NCBI GenBank assembly: GCA_048886685.1
Contig: JBHLKM010000002.1
Span: forward strand, 71,532 to 135,531
Length of the DNA stretch: 64,000 bases
Source of the DNA: Candidatus Hodarchaeota archaeon
GTDB taxonomy: Archaea > Asgardarchaeota > Lokiarchaeia > Sigyniarchaeales > SOKP01
Direction: 5' to 3'
The translations under genes and the position numbers were made by a program. Shown here in pieces: positions 20,053-29,596 of the stretch; the stretch's first letter is position 1; the number at the start of each line of letters is the position of its first letter. The notes beneath the pieces are model-generated. The model searched no databases. It saw nothing but the letters and a program-made list of their open reading frames with translations, and was not told the origin of the DNA.

Positions 20053-21069
20053 TTAAATTGAAAGTTCTGCAAATTCGCCATGATAAGGTTTCCAAATAGC
20101 AATTTCTGCATCTGTGGTTAGACAATTGTGAGTCTCATTACACATTCCAAAGCACGAGTGAAATAAAACAGCATTATTCTTTTTATAAGTGTTAATTAAA
20201 GTTTGACCATAAGGCGATGTAAGAAATCCAACAAACCGACATGCTGCCACAAATTTAACATGTGAATGTAAAATAGGATTAACAGGGATTACTCCATAAG
20301 GATTTAATAAAAAATCTTCCCCTACAACAGATTCAGCTAGAATATTAAGAGTGGTATAAGTATCATTAAAAGAGAGCCATGTTCCCCTATCTACTAAAGT
20401 ATAGCCTCTATCATTGGCATCGTTGTAAGTAATAAGCAATGTATCACCCATACCTGCTCCTACATCTTTATAGTAATTAGTTCCAGCTGTAGTTGGATCC
20501 CAACCTATTTGATCCCATAAACTCAATTCTTTTGAATGTGTTCCCGAGCTATCACCTCTAGAATAGAATGTTGTATTATGTCCTATGGTCATCCCTAAGT
20601 TCAATTTTGTCATTACAGTTGTAATATTATCACCAGGTACTAAATTTGCGGGATTTGATGAATGTCCAACTATCAGAAAGTCATTGTACATTACACATGC
20701 TCGATGAACTCCATAAGGCATCTTATTGTCGCTATAATTTACGAAAGCGTCTTCCCTTGACCTAGAATGAACAAGTATGACATCAGCATCACCACTTTGC
20801 CCATAAGCTATTGCTTGACCAGTACCTACAGACAAAACTCTAATTTTAATTCCCGTTTGCTCCGTAAACTTTGGAAGTAAATAATCTAGTAAACCAGAAT
20901 CATATGTAGAGGTTGTAGTTGCTAAAGTTATTCGATTTGGATTTTGTGAATTCATATAATCAATTACAAAATAAGTACCAATTGTTCCACCAGCAATAAG
21001 TATAAGTGCTATAAGAATCGCTGTTTTATGCTCACTTAAAAATTGTTGTGTTGATCTTTTTGTTGACAT
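20053..21069 (-). CDS. tupA: Tungstate-binding protein
   Basis: TupA signature ATTTSTYDSGLL, GTGQA, LVHS, SRGDSSGTH, GMG, DRGTW; N-terminal TM anchor. Confidence 0.92.
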   Translation of the reverse strand: MSTKRSTQQFLSEHKTAILIALILIAGGTIGTYFVIDYMNSQNPNRITLATTTSTYDSGLLDYLLPKFTEQTGIKIRVLSVGTGQAIAYGQSGDADVILVHSRSREDAFVNYSDNKMPYGVHRACVMYNDFLIVGHSSNPANLVPGDNITTVMTKLNLGMTIGHNTTFYSRGDSSGTHSKELSLWDQIGWDPTTAGTNYYKDVGAGMGDTLLITYNDANDRGYTLVDRGTWLSFNDTYTTLNILAESVVGEDFLLNPYGVIPVNPILHSHVKFVAACRFVGFLTSPYGQTLINTYKKNNAVLFHSCFGMCNETHNCLTTDAEIAIWKPYHGEFAELSI

Positions 21070-21123
21070 TCTTTATTCTTTTTTTAAATTTGATATTTAT
21101 TCAAATGTTTCTTTGCATTTAAG

Positions 21124-21147
21124 CGTTATTTCCGTTTGGACACAACG
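21124..21147. promoter_or_regulatory. ModE-like operator CGTTATT-N10-CACAACG upstream of tupA
   Basis: Same dyad as 18109-18132; minus-strand context ATCGTTGTG...AATAACGCT. Confidence 0.6.
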
Positions 21148-21271
21148 ATCAATTTTATTGAAAAATTGCTAAAAAAAGCTTTTCGATATTTTTTTTTTTC
21201 TATATTGATTATTCAAATGTACTTACCCTTAATCCTAAATATTTTTATTATCGATTAAATTAGAGAGAGAT

Positions 21272-22027
21272 ATGGCAACATGGGGATCTCATTTTCGTAT
21301 TGCCGAGAATATTTTAAAAAAATATAAGAACATCAACCGAAATTTCTTTACAATCGGAAATATTGCCCCGGATTGCGGTCTCCCGAATAGTGATTGGTCA
21401 GCCTTCACCCCTCCTAAAGAAGTGTCTCATTTTACTGTTGGTGATGTAAGTGAATTCCTAGGGATGCAGACAGATAAATTCATTCTGAACGACGTCAAAT
21501 TTTATTCTGAATATTTAAAGGATTCTGAAATAATCTCCTCTCAGAGTGATCGATCATTCCTGTTTGGATATTTTATCCATCTTATAACTGATAATCTATG
21601 GAATTATTACATTATGAAGCCTTTAAAAGAAAATTATTTAAAAGAACTTCAAAATAATCCTAATTTTATTTGGGAAGTAAAGAGGGATTGGTATGACTTA
21701 GATAAAATTTACATTACAGAAAATAAAGATTCACTATTTTGGACTGACTTTCTTGAAGCAGAATATAATGAAGAAATGCTTGACTTTCTCCCAAGAAAAG
21801 GAATTAAACGTCAATTGAAATTTATTAAAAATTTCTATCAAATATCTAATGAAGAATACTTGAGACTTTCAAACAAAAAATTTGTTTATCTTAAAAAAAA
21901 AGAAATGGACAGTTTTATACGAAATACTACTAATGTAATCCTAAAAGTCCTTAAACAGATTATTGATAAGACTTTTGAATTTAACGAAAAAATATCCGTT
22001 TTGGATGATATAATCATTTGGAATTGA
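21272..22027 (+). CDS. Zinc-dependent phospholipase C family protein
   Basis: N-terminal MATWGSH, GNIAPD, SHF, GYFIHLITD. Confidence 0.75.
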   Translation: MATWGSHFRIAENILKKYKNINRNFFTIGNIAPDCGLPNSDWSAFTPPKEVSHFTVGDVSEFLGMQTDKFILNDVKFYSEYLKDSEIISSQSDRSFLFGYFIHLITDNLWNYYIMKPLKENYLKELQNNPNFIWEVKRDWYDLDKIYITENKDSLFWTDFLEAEYNEEMLDFLPRKGIKRQLKFIKNFYQISNEEYLRLSNKKFVYLKKKEMDSFIRNTTNVILKVLKQIIDKTFEFNEKISVLDDIIIWN

Positions 22028-22125
22028 CTTTATAAATAAATAAACCTCGTAAAGGAGATAATTAGATCTTCCGTCAATCCATAGGATTTATGAATAAAAT
22101 AAGAAAAAAATAAGAAAAAAACAAT

Positions 22126-22854
22126 TTAAGGTAAGGTTACTTTTCCCGTACTTTCATCGAGATTAAGAATTCCCTTTATGGCTAGTTGTTTAATAGTCCT
22201 AACCGCCATAATTGGTGGAACATCCAGCAGTTTCTTCAAGTCATCCAATTTTGCTTCTCCTTTATCCATAATTGTAGCTATTATATCAACTTCATGAATT
22301 TCTTCGTCTGAATTTTCAATCAAAAATGACGTAAAGAAATTTTGCTGTCTCAGTTGGTCAATTTTAGTTTCTAAATCATCCATCTTTTGCTGGTAGGTAT
22401 TTTTTGATTCTACTTCTCGGTTTTCATTTTCAACCGTTTTTTGATCTAACACCGTCTTCTCTTCTTCTTTTGCCATAATTTTTTCATTAAGAGTACTAAG
22501 TTTCTCCTCAAGCTGAGTAAGTTCAAAAGCTGGTTTTTTTAAATCATTAATACTTGTTTCTAATGTGTTAGTTAATTCAGAAATCTTTGAATTTAATTCT
22601 TCTTTCTTCGCTTTTAATCCCTCAATAGTCCTATCTAATTCTTCTGATTTTGTTCTTAACTCAGTTAATTCTGAATTTTGAGCCGATAATCTTTCTTTAA
22701 TAGTTTCTTCTTCTTTTTGCTCAGCTTGCATAAAACGCCATGCTTCTCTTAATTGAGAAAGAACTTCTTCATTATGTTTCTGTAACACTTGCCAGTAGGT
22801 GTCGTAAGCGGTTTCAAACTGTTCTATCAATGCTAATATTTCTTGCGAACCCAT
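22126..22854 (-). CDS. Long coiled-coil protein with C-terminal winged helix (paralogue B)
   Basis: Heptad-rich segment of about 170 aa, then IIATIMDKGEAKLDDLKKLLDVPPIMAVRTIKQLAIKGILNLDESTGKVTL. Confidence 0.75.
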   Translation of the reverse strand: MGSQEILALIEQFETAYDTYWQVLQKHNEEVLSQLREAWRFMQAEQKEEETIKERLSAQNSELTELRTKSEELDRTIEGLKAKKEELNSKISELTNTLETSINDLKKPAFELTQLEEKLSTLNEKIMAKEEEKTVLDQKTVENENREVESKNTYQQKMDDLETKIDQLRQQNFFTSFLIENSDEEIHEVDIIATIMDKGEAKLDDLKKLLDVPPIMAVRTIKQLAIKGILNLDESTGKVTLP

Positions 22855-23600
22855 TAGAAATCAACCTCCCCTTTTAATGTAACTGTTCCTGCGGTTTCAT
22901 CAAATTCGATTGGTCCATTTTTCTGTACCATTTTTGTGAGAATACTTCTTGCTACATCTTCCCTTAACCCCATAGCTTGTACAATGTTCTTTATTTCAAG
23001 AGTAGTATTTGGTTGTAAGGATTGTATAACTTTTAATTGAGCAGATTGCACATACCCCGCTTTAATTAAAGATTTCATAGCGGCTGTTCGCATGGCGTAA
23101 GAACTGCTAAATTTTTCCTTTTTATTATACTCTTCTTGAAGTTGACTCTCGAGTTCTTTCATTTTGTTATCAAATTTCTCTTGAATATCTTTTAATTCTA
23201 CAAGCCGATTTTCTAATTCCTTTAGACGAGTTTCTCGGGTTGTTAATTCTTCTCTACGCGCTGTTATTTTTGTTTGAGTTTCATTTAATTCATCTTGTGC
23301 GTCTTGGATCTTTTCTAATAGAGTTTGTCGTTGATTATTTAGTTCAGCATTGTTTTCTTCAAAAGCAGTAATATCTCGTTGATTTTGAGAAATTTTATTT
23401 TTTAATGAATTAATCTCATCATCGTTTGATTCAATAGAACTTAAATCACTAGCTTTAGTTTCTTCAAGTTTCCCGATCTGTTCGAGTAAATTATTAGGTT
23501 GAGTTTGTAATTTAGGAACTGAATCTGTATTTAATCCATTAAGTTCTTCAATAATTGAAAGTATTTTCTTTAAAGCTGATTTTGTGTCGGTAAGACTCAT
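22854..23600 (-). CDS. Long coiled-coil protein with C-terminal winged helix (paralogue A)
   Basis: Heptad-rich, then LEIKNIVQAMGLREDVARSILTKMVQKNGPIEFDETAGTVTL; TAATG overlap with the next gene. Confidence 0.75.
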   Translation of the reverse strand: MSLTDTKSALKKILSIIEELNGLNTDSVPKLQTQPNNLLEQIGKLEETKASDLSSIESNDDEINSLKNKISQNQRDITAFEENNAELNNQRQTLLEKIQDAQDELNETQTKITARREELTTRETRLKELENRLVELKDIQEKFDNKMKELESQLQEEYNKKEKFSSSYAMRTAAMKSLIKAGYVQSAQLKVIQSLQPNTTLEIKNIVQAMGLREDVARSILTKMVQKNGPIEFDETAGTVTLKGEVDF

Positions 23601-23692
23601 AATAATTTCTCCTAAAAAATTAGTTACAAATTTCTATAAAATAATAGGGTACGGATTTAAAAAATTTAATTTTTAGAAACTCTAAAAGAAGA

Positions 23693-24532
23693 TTAAATTT
23701 CTTTTGAAATATCTTCAATAAAAGATGACATGCTAATCGGACCATATGGAAGGTTTCTTCTCTGTATAACTATATTAAGATGCTCAATTATTTTTTCTGC
23801 TAAATAATTAAAATCAAATTGAAAAGATGTGGTTTCACGATAATATTTTTTTAAAAATAAATTAATCAGCTCAATCTTATGTTTTGGTTCATCCATATCA
23901 AATAATCCAGGATTAGTATCTAAAAGCGAACAACAAATCCAAGCTAAATCGTCCATGTGATTTCCTTCATAAGCATCTTCAAAATCTACTCCATATAGTA
24001 TATTTTCTGAAAAATTAATAATAAAATCTCTTAGCCTTGTATCTCCCTTATTTAATACAAATAAGTCCTCTAATTTATGCTTTCTAACAGTATTCTTTTC
24101 GTGTAATTGGGCGAGCCATTCAGCTAATTTTTCAATACTATTAATTACTTGATTTTTAATATCTGGAGTTAAATCATTTAACTCTTCAGTATCTCTTAAA
24201 TTATCATTGATAAAATCACATAGATTAATCCCTTGCACTTTTTCGAGGATTAAGTAAGGTTTTTTTAAACCTAATATACTCGGGACAGAAAAATTCTGAT
24301 TTTTTAATCTATTTAATATATTAATCTCACTTACAATGTTTTTCGTCCTAAAAATTTTTATTATAAATTCCTTTGGAAAATTCGGTGGTTGTTTATCAAA
24401 AACTAGATTTATTACTGAATTTTTTCTGCTATTTAATTCAGTTATATCAAAATTATAGTCTTTGTTGCGAAACTCGGGAATAATACTTTTCAGATCTTTG
24501 GCAATTCTAGATTTAATTTTTAAGAGGCTCAT
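23693..24532 (-). CDS. APH/choline-kinase-like phosphotransferase (protein-kinase-like fold)
   Basis: FIIKIF, E..IL, VP, LAEWLAQLH, KGDTRLRDF, VDFED, DLAW. Confidence 0.75.
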   Translation of the reverse strand: MSLLKIKSRIAKDLKSIIPEFRNKDYNFDITELNSRKNSVINLVFDKQPPNFPKEFIIKIFRTKNIVSEINILNRLKNQNFSVPSILGLKKPYLILEKVQGINLCDFINDNLRDTEELNDLTPDIKNQVINSIEKLAEWLAQLHEKNTVRKHKLEDLFVLNKGDTRLRDFIINFSENILYGVDFEDAYEGNHMDDLAWICCSLLDTNPGLFDMDEPKHKIELINLFLKKYYRETTSFQFDFNYLAEKIIEHLNIVIQRRNLPYGPISMSSFIEDISKEI

Positions 24533-24661
24533 ATCAAAAATTTTATTAATTTTGACCTAAATCAGTAATTTTATGAAGTAAATACCAATTTAAATCTATA
24601 TATTTATGTGTTATAGAATTCTTATCAAGTAATTTATATGAATAAATGTGAAATTAGGTTT

Positions 24662-25216
24662 TTATTGTTTTTCTTTCATTTTTCTTAAAATAATATCCTT
24701 AATATCAGAGAATTCAGGTATTACAACAATTCCTTCCATCTTTTTCAACTTTTCAATGTTTTTCACCTCGATATCTCTGATTTTTAGTACTAAAGGAGAA
24801 CCATCTGGTCTTGTAGTAACAATAGGCTCCAAATCTTGATCTGAAGGAAAAATATGGACCTCCATACCACCTTTAATTGCTTGAGCTACACAATTAGTAA
24901 TAAGTGTGTCAGCTATCCCTTGAACAATTTTAGCTACTGAATTTGCAGAAACGGGGCATACCAGAAACATATCATAATTTCCTAGTTGTAAAGGCCCTGC
25001 ATAAAAAGGGATGTTAGGTGTTTTTTCTACCTTAACTTTTTTCACTGCTTCTGTCAGATTTAACCATTTCTTATACCATTTTACTACTGCAGCACCTTCC
25101 TTCGTTAATATCACCGTTAAATCAGTGTTATGATTTTCTTGTAAATCTTTCATTAAAGCTATACATTCATCCAATAGATATCCCGTTCCTGTAATACCCC
25201 ACATTAATTTAAACAA
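24662..25216 (-). CDS. Archaeal flavoprotein, AfpA-like (HFCD family)
   Basis: WGITGTG, PVSANSVAKIVQGIADTLITN, PSD. Confidence 0.8.
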   Translation of the reverse strand: MFKLMWGITGTGYLLDECIALMKDLQENHNTDLTVILTKEGAAVVKWYKKWLNLTEAVKKVKVEKTPNIPFYAGPLQLGNYDMFLVCPVSANSVAKIVQGIADTLITNCVAQAIKGGMEVHIFPSDQDLEPIVTTRPDGSPLVLKIRDIEVKNIEKLKKMEGIVVIPEFSDIKDIILRKMKEKQ

Positions 25217-25363
25217 TTAAAACATCTCTCCTATTTTTTAACATATAGATACTTATTCTATGATACTTTAAATTTTTTTTATAAAATCTAAAGAAAAATA
25301 TTATTAACTCAATCATTATAAATAATTAACTGGGATGGTCTATAATTTTTATGATGATGAAAT

Positions 25364-26596
25364 ATGAATGATTCAAAATATGTTTACTTAGATAATGCTG
25401 CTACTACTCCAATGGACCCTCGAGTGATTGAGGAAGTTAATAAGCATTTCAGAGAGACTTATGGTAATTCTATGAGTTTACACTCAGCAGGTCAAAAAGC
25501 AGCTCAATTATTATTAAAATGTCGAGAATCAATAGCAGCTGTAATCAATGCAGATAGGGATGATATATTCTTTACGTCTTCTGGAACTGAAGCTGATAAT
25601 ATTGCGATATTTGGTATTGCTTCAAAATGTGAAAACCGTGGAAACCACATTATTACATCTAACATCGAACATCATGCTGTAGAAAATCCGTATAAACAAT
25701 TAGAAAAGAAAGGATTTGAAGTTATCTTTTTACCGGTTGATAATTTGGGCGTAATTAGTTTAGAGGATCTGGAACAGGCAATAACAAAAAGAACTATTTT
25801 AATTAGCATTATGTTTGCTAACAATGAAATTGGTACAATTCAACCTATTAAAGAGATCGGAGAAATCGCAAAAAAACATGATGTTATCTTTCATACTGAT
25901 GCTGTACAAGCATTTGGTAAAATTCCAATAGATGTAAATGAAATGAATATTGATTTACTCTCAGCTTCCGCTCATAAATTGTATGGACCAAAAGGAGTAG
26001 GGATGTTGTATATAAAAAATAAAGGAGTAAGAAAAGGATGGGGTAAATATATTGAACCTATAATGTACGGTGGTGGTCATGAAAGAGAAATGAGACCTAG
26101 TACCGTAAACATTCCCGGAATTGCAGGATTTGCCAAAGCTGCAGAATTAGCCAAAGAAGAAATCGTTGAAGAAGCTCAACGACAGATAAGATTAAGAGAT
26201 AAAATTATTCATTGGGTTGCTGAAAATATTGAAGATTCTTATCTTAATGGACACCCTAATCAAAGACTTCCTAATAACGTAAATCTCGGTTTTAGATACA
26301 TTGAAGGTGAGTCAATTGTACTAGATTTAGATATGGAAGGTATCGCAACTTCTACGGGTTCTGCGTGTTCTTCGAAATCACTTGATCCTTCGCATGTTTT
26401 ATTGGCAATTGGCTTAAAACCTGAAGAAGCACATGGATCGCTAAGAGTAACTCTAGGAAGATTTACTACAGAGGAAGACGTGGATTACTTTTTGGAAAAA
26501 TTACCTGGTGTGATTGAAAGGTTGAGAAAAATGTCTCCCTTAAAAAAAGGAGTTAAGTATATGTTCTCAGATTCTTCAGACGACCATCAACACTAA
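25364..26596 (+). CDS. iscS: Cysteine desulfurase IscS/NifS
   Basis: YLDNAATTP, FTSSGTEADN, HTDAVQA, SAHKLYGPKG, STGSACSS. Confidence 0.95.
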   Translation: MNDSKYVYLDNAATTPMDPRVIEEVNKHFRETYGNSMSLHSAGQKAAQLLLKCRESIAAVINADRDDIFFTSSGTEADNIAIFGIASKCENRGNHIITSNIEHHAVENPYKQLEKKGFEVIFLPVDNLGVISLEDLEQAITKRTILISIMFANNEIGTIQPIKEIGEIAKKHDVIFHTDAVQAFGKIPIDVNEMNIDLLSASAHKLYGPKGVGMLYIKNKGVRKGWGKYIEPIMYGGGHEREMRPSTVNIPGIAGFAKAAELAKEEIVEEAQRQIRLRDKIIHWVAENIEDSYLNGHPNQRLPNNVNLGFRYIEGESIVLDLDMEGIATSTGSACSSKSLDPSHVLLAIGLKPEEAHGSLRVTLGRFTTEEDVDYFLEKLPGVIERLRKMSPLKKGVKYMFSDSSDDHQH

Positions 26597-26715
26597 TAAT
26601 TATTTTTCGATATATCAAGATAAAATCTATAAAATTCAATCTATTTCTATAAGTTCTATTTTTAAAATGCAAAAAATTCGAAAGGATTTTTGTTAAAGGA
26701 ATTTTCTTCTATTTA

Positions 26716-29019
26716 ATGAGTAAAGAGGAATTTAAATTTTCTGGTAAAAAAATTTTAATTGAAAAGAGAGAAGATCTTAGCTCTTCATACAAAATCAATA
26801 TCTATAAAACTAAAATAAAATTCATGGAAGAAAGTAAAATTCCTCAAAAAGAAATAAATGATGTATTAAATCACTTTTTCAATATAAATAACTACATCTC
26901 AAACAAAACTAAAAATTCTATTTCCCATATAATTTACTCTAAAACAGCTAGACTACTAATTTTAATAACACATTCTGCTAAAGATATTATTTTAAATCGA
27001 GATAAGTTGATTAGAGATTATGGTTGGTTTTTTTTCATATCAAAAACAGAAATGGAAACAAAGCAACCTAAAGCCAAAAAACCAAGAAAAAAAAAGGAGT
27101 TAAAAGTAGAAAAGACTATTAGTAGAGAAGATTATACATATGGGGATTTAAAGATTCCTTTAAAGCAAAAAGAACACATGAGGGCATTATACCGTACAAA
27201 GGAATATAATCATTATTTAAAATTGATTAAATCTAAACAAATCCCTCAAATGCCTGTAATAGATGTCCTTAATGACTTATTTCTTAAAGATGAACTAGTT
27301 CCAATGGAAGAAAAAAAGGGGATTCGAAAGATAATCTATTATCATAAAGAAAAGGTAATAGTTATTAAATCACTTATTGGTGACGAGATGTATGAAAATT
27401 TACAGAACCTAGTCAAAAAATATGGTTGGTATTTTTACATCACAGGAGTTCCAGTTGGTAAAAGTGAATTATGTCTAGCAATAGATAAGATTAAAAAGAG
27501 ATTTAGTTCAGATTATTTTTCTAACATCTCACTAGTAGAAGAATCCAGCGATTCTAAAGATATTAGGGTATCTATATATCCTATAGTTTTAAAACCTAAT
27601 CATAATTGTCATATTTTAGGCTTAGGAAAACTAAATATCTTGTTAGATTGTGGCCTTTCAGAGAAAGATGAAGAAAATGAGATTGAAGGGGATTTCAGAC
27701 ATGTAGAAGAATATTTACAGAATTTACCTGAATTTATCGTAGAAGAAGAGAATATTAGGAAAGAGACTACAGAAGAAGAACCAAATGAGATCAGCTTAAA
27801 TAATATCCCAAATGATTCAAAAATTGATGCAATTTTTATATCCCATAGTCATTATGATCACGTCTCTGGCCTCAAAGAATTGATGAAATTATTTCCCGAT
27901 ATCCCCATTTTAAGCTCGAGAATTACTTTAGACTTATATCTCCTTAGAGATTCTAATTTCTTAAAACAGGAAAACCACGATGATATTGAGCAAGAAGAAT
28001 ACAGAAAAATTGTTGAGAATATTTTATATGTAGAAAACGGTGATAAACTTGAGTTCAAAGAAAATAACTGTTTTCTTTCATTTTTCCATGCGGGTCATAT
28101 GCCAGGGGCCCTGATGATGTTAGCAAAAATAAATGATTTTAGATTTCTTTATACGGGAGATTATACATATCATGATATTACACCATTTGCAGGAACAAGA
28201 CGTTTCTTAGAACAAATTTCTCGCCCTATTGATTATTTATTAATAGATGGTACCAGTGCCCAAGAAGATTTTGGTAATATATCTGATCAATTTCATAGTC
28301 TAATCTTGTTTTTAGAACAAAAAGCAGAATATGGTGATAATTCATTAATTGGAGCCGATCCTTCGAGCTTAGCTATATCGTTCATGTTAACATTCTGGAG
28401 GTATTTTAGAAAACTTCAAATAAGACGTGATTATAAAAATCGTCCCAACATATATGTAGATATGATGGTAAGGAGAAATATCCAGGTGATTAATCATCGA
28501 TATGAATATATTCATGGTCCAATTTCTCGTTTAATTAGAGATAAAGCTAATCCCTTTAATAGTATCAAGTTTAGATGGTTTGATCAAGAGAGTTTAGATT
28601 TCTTACGTAAGAAAAATAATATTATCATCTCACATCCCCCTGATCTTTCTTATGGATTAATCAGAAATATAATTAATAGCATAGGACGCAATCCACATAA
28701 CTTTGTTTTCCTCGCGGGTTCTATCCATGAAGAACCGGGATTAAGTTTGATAGAAGGGGATGAAGAGATTGAGTTTTCTGAAACTTGGAAAATGCCATTT
28801 CGTGCTTTTTTACTCAATAAATTTGCCCCACATATTAAAATAAAACTACATGCTGATAAAAATCAGTTGAAGGAGATGATAAAAGCTCTTGAACCAAAAG
28901 AAGTATGCTTCTTCCATCAGTCTCCAAAAAAATTGCTGGATGTAGTAGATTATGTAGAAGAATTAGGTGTAGAAAAGGTTTCATTACCTAAAAAAAGGAA
29001 GCTAACAATATTGAACTAG
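26716..29019 (+). CDS. MBL/beta-CASP ribonuclease-like protein with duplicated degenerate KH-like N-terminal domains
   Basis: LLDCG, SHSHYDH, HAGHMPGA, LYTGDY, LHAD, FFHQ; N-terminal internal duplication, each copy ending YGW(F/Y)F(F/Y)I. Confidence 0.8.
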   Translation: MSKEEFKFSGKKILIEKREDLSSSYKINIYKTKIKFMEESKIPQKEINDVLNHFFNINNYISNKTKNSISHIIYSKTARLLILITHSAKDIILNRDKLIRDYGWFFFISKTEMETKQPKAKKPRKKKELKVEKTISREDYTYGDLKIPLKQKEHMRALYRTKEYNHYLKLIKSKQIPQMPVIDVLNDLFLKDELVPMEEKKGIRKIIYYHKEKVIVIKSLIGDEMYENLQNLVKKYGWYFYITGVPVGKSELCLAIDKIKKRFSSDYFSNISLVEESSDSKDIRVSIYPIVLKPNHNCHILGLGKLNILLDCGLSEKDEENEIEGDFRHVEEYLQNLPEFIVEEENIRKETTEEEPNEISLNNIPNDSKIDAIFISHSHYDHVSGLKELMKLFPDIPILSSRITLDLYLLRDSNFLKQENHDDIEQEEYRKIVENILYVENGDKLEFKENNCFLSFFHAGHMPGALMMLAKINDFRFLYTGDYTYHDITPFAGTRRFLEQISRPIDYLLIDGTSAQEDFGNISDQFHSLILFLEQKAEYGDNSLIGADPSSLAISFMLTFWRYFRKLQIRRDYKNRPNIYVDMMVRRNIQVINHRYEYIHGPISRLIRDKANPFNSIKFRWFDQESLDFLRKKNNIIISHPPDLSYGLIRNIINSIGRNPHNFVFLAGSIHEEPGLSLIEGDEEIEFSETWKMPFRAFLLNKFAPHIKIKLHADKNQLKEMIKALEPKEVCFFHQSPKKLLDVVDYVEELGVEKVSLPKKRKLTILN

Positions 29020-29105
29020 ATGTTTTATAAGAGATAAACGATAAAACTTTAAGTCATTAATTTCTTAATCTTATTAGATTTACCTCAACTTTAAGGTGAA
29101 CTAAA

Positions 29106-29498
29106 ATATACTCAGATAAAGTTATGGAACACTTTAGAAATCCCAGGAATATGGGGGAAATGAAGGATGCGGATGCTTTTGGGGAGGTAGGTAATCCTAA
29201 CTGCGGAGATTTAATGACTATTTATATCAAAATTAAGGAAGAGAACGGAAAAGAGATAATCGATGAAATTTCTTTTCAAACTTTCGGTTGTGCTGCAGCT
29301 ATCGCAACTTCTTCAATGGTTACTGAAATGGCAAAGGGAAAGACATTAGATGAAGCTATGGAAATAACTAGAGCAGATGTGGCTGAAAATTTAGATGGTT
29401 TGCCTCCTATAAAAATGCATTGTAGCAATTTAGCTGCTGATGGTTTACATGATGCTATTAAGAAATATCGTAAAGATAAAAAGGCTAGCAATCCATAA
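29106..29498 (+). CDS. iscU: Fe-S cluster scaffold IscU/NifU-N (copy 1), probable ATA start at 29106
   Basis: (M)YSDKVMEHFRNPRN, GNPNCGD, FGCAAAIA, LPPIKMHCS. Confidence 0.93.
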   Translation: MYSDKVMEHFRNPRNMGEMKDADAFGEVGNPNCGDLMTIYIKIKEENGKEIIDEISFQTFGCAAAIATSSMVTEMAKGKTLDEAMEITRADVAENLDGLPPIKMHCSNLAADGLHDAIKKYRKDKKASNP

Positions 29499-29596
29499 AA
29501 TCTTTCTTGTATCTGATTAGTAAAACATCTTTTTCTTCAAACATTAAATATAAATTCTTTAGATCCATTTTAAAAATTGTAAGTTATTAGTTTATT

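Noticed and set aside
12282-20056. Several plus-strand ORFs within FTR1 and the moa/tup operon (for example 13724..14134 and 18559..19077)
   Set aside because: Antisense to well-supported genes, with Ser/Ile/Phe-rich shadow composition; the same applies to 40687..41028, 43031..43360, 53484..53924 and similar ORFs
22126-23600. SMC/Rad50 annotation for the coiled-coil genes
   Set aside because: No Walker motifs, hinge or zinc hook
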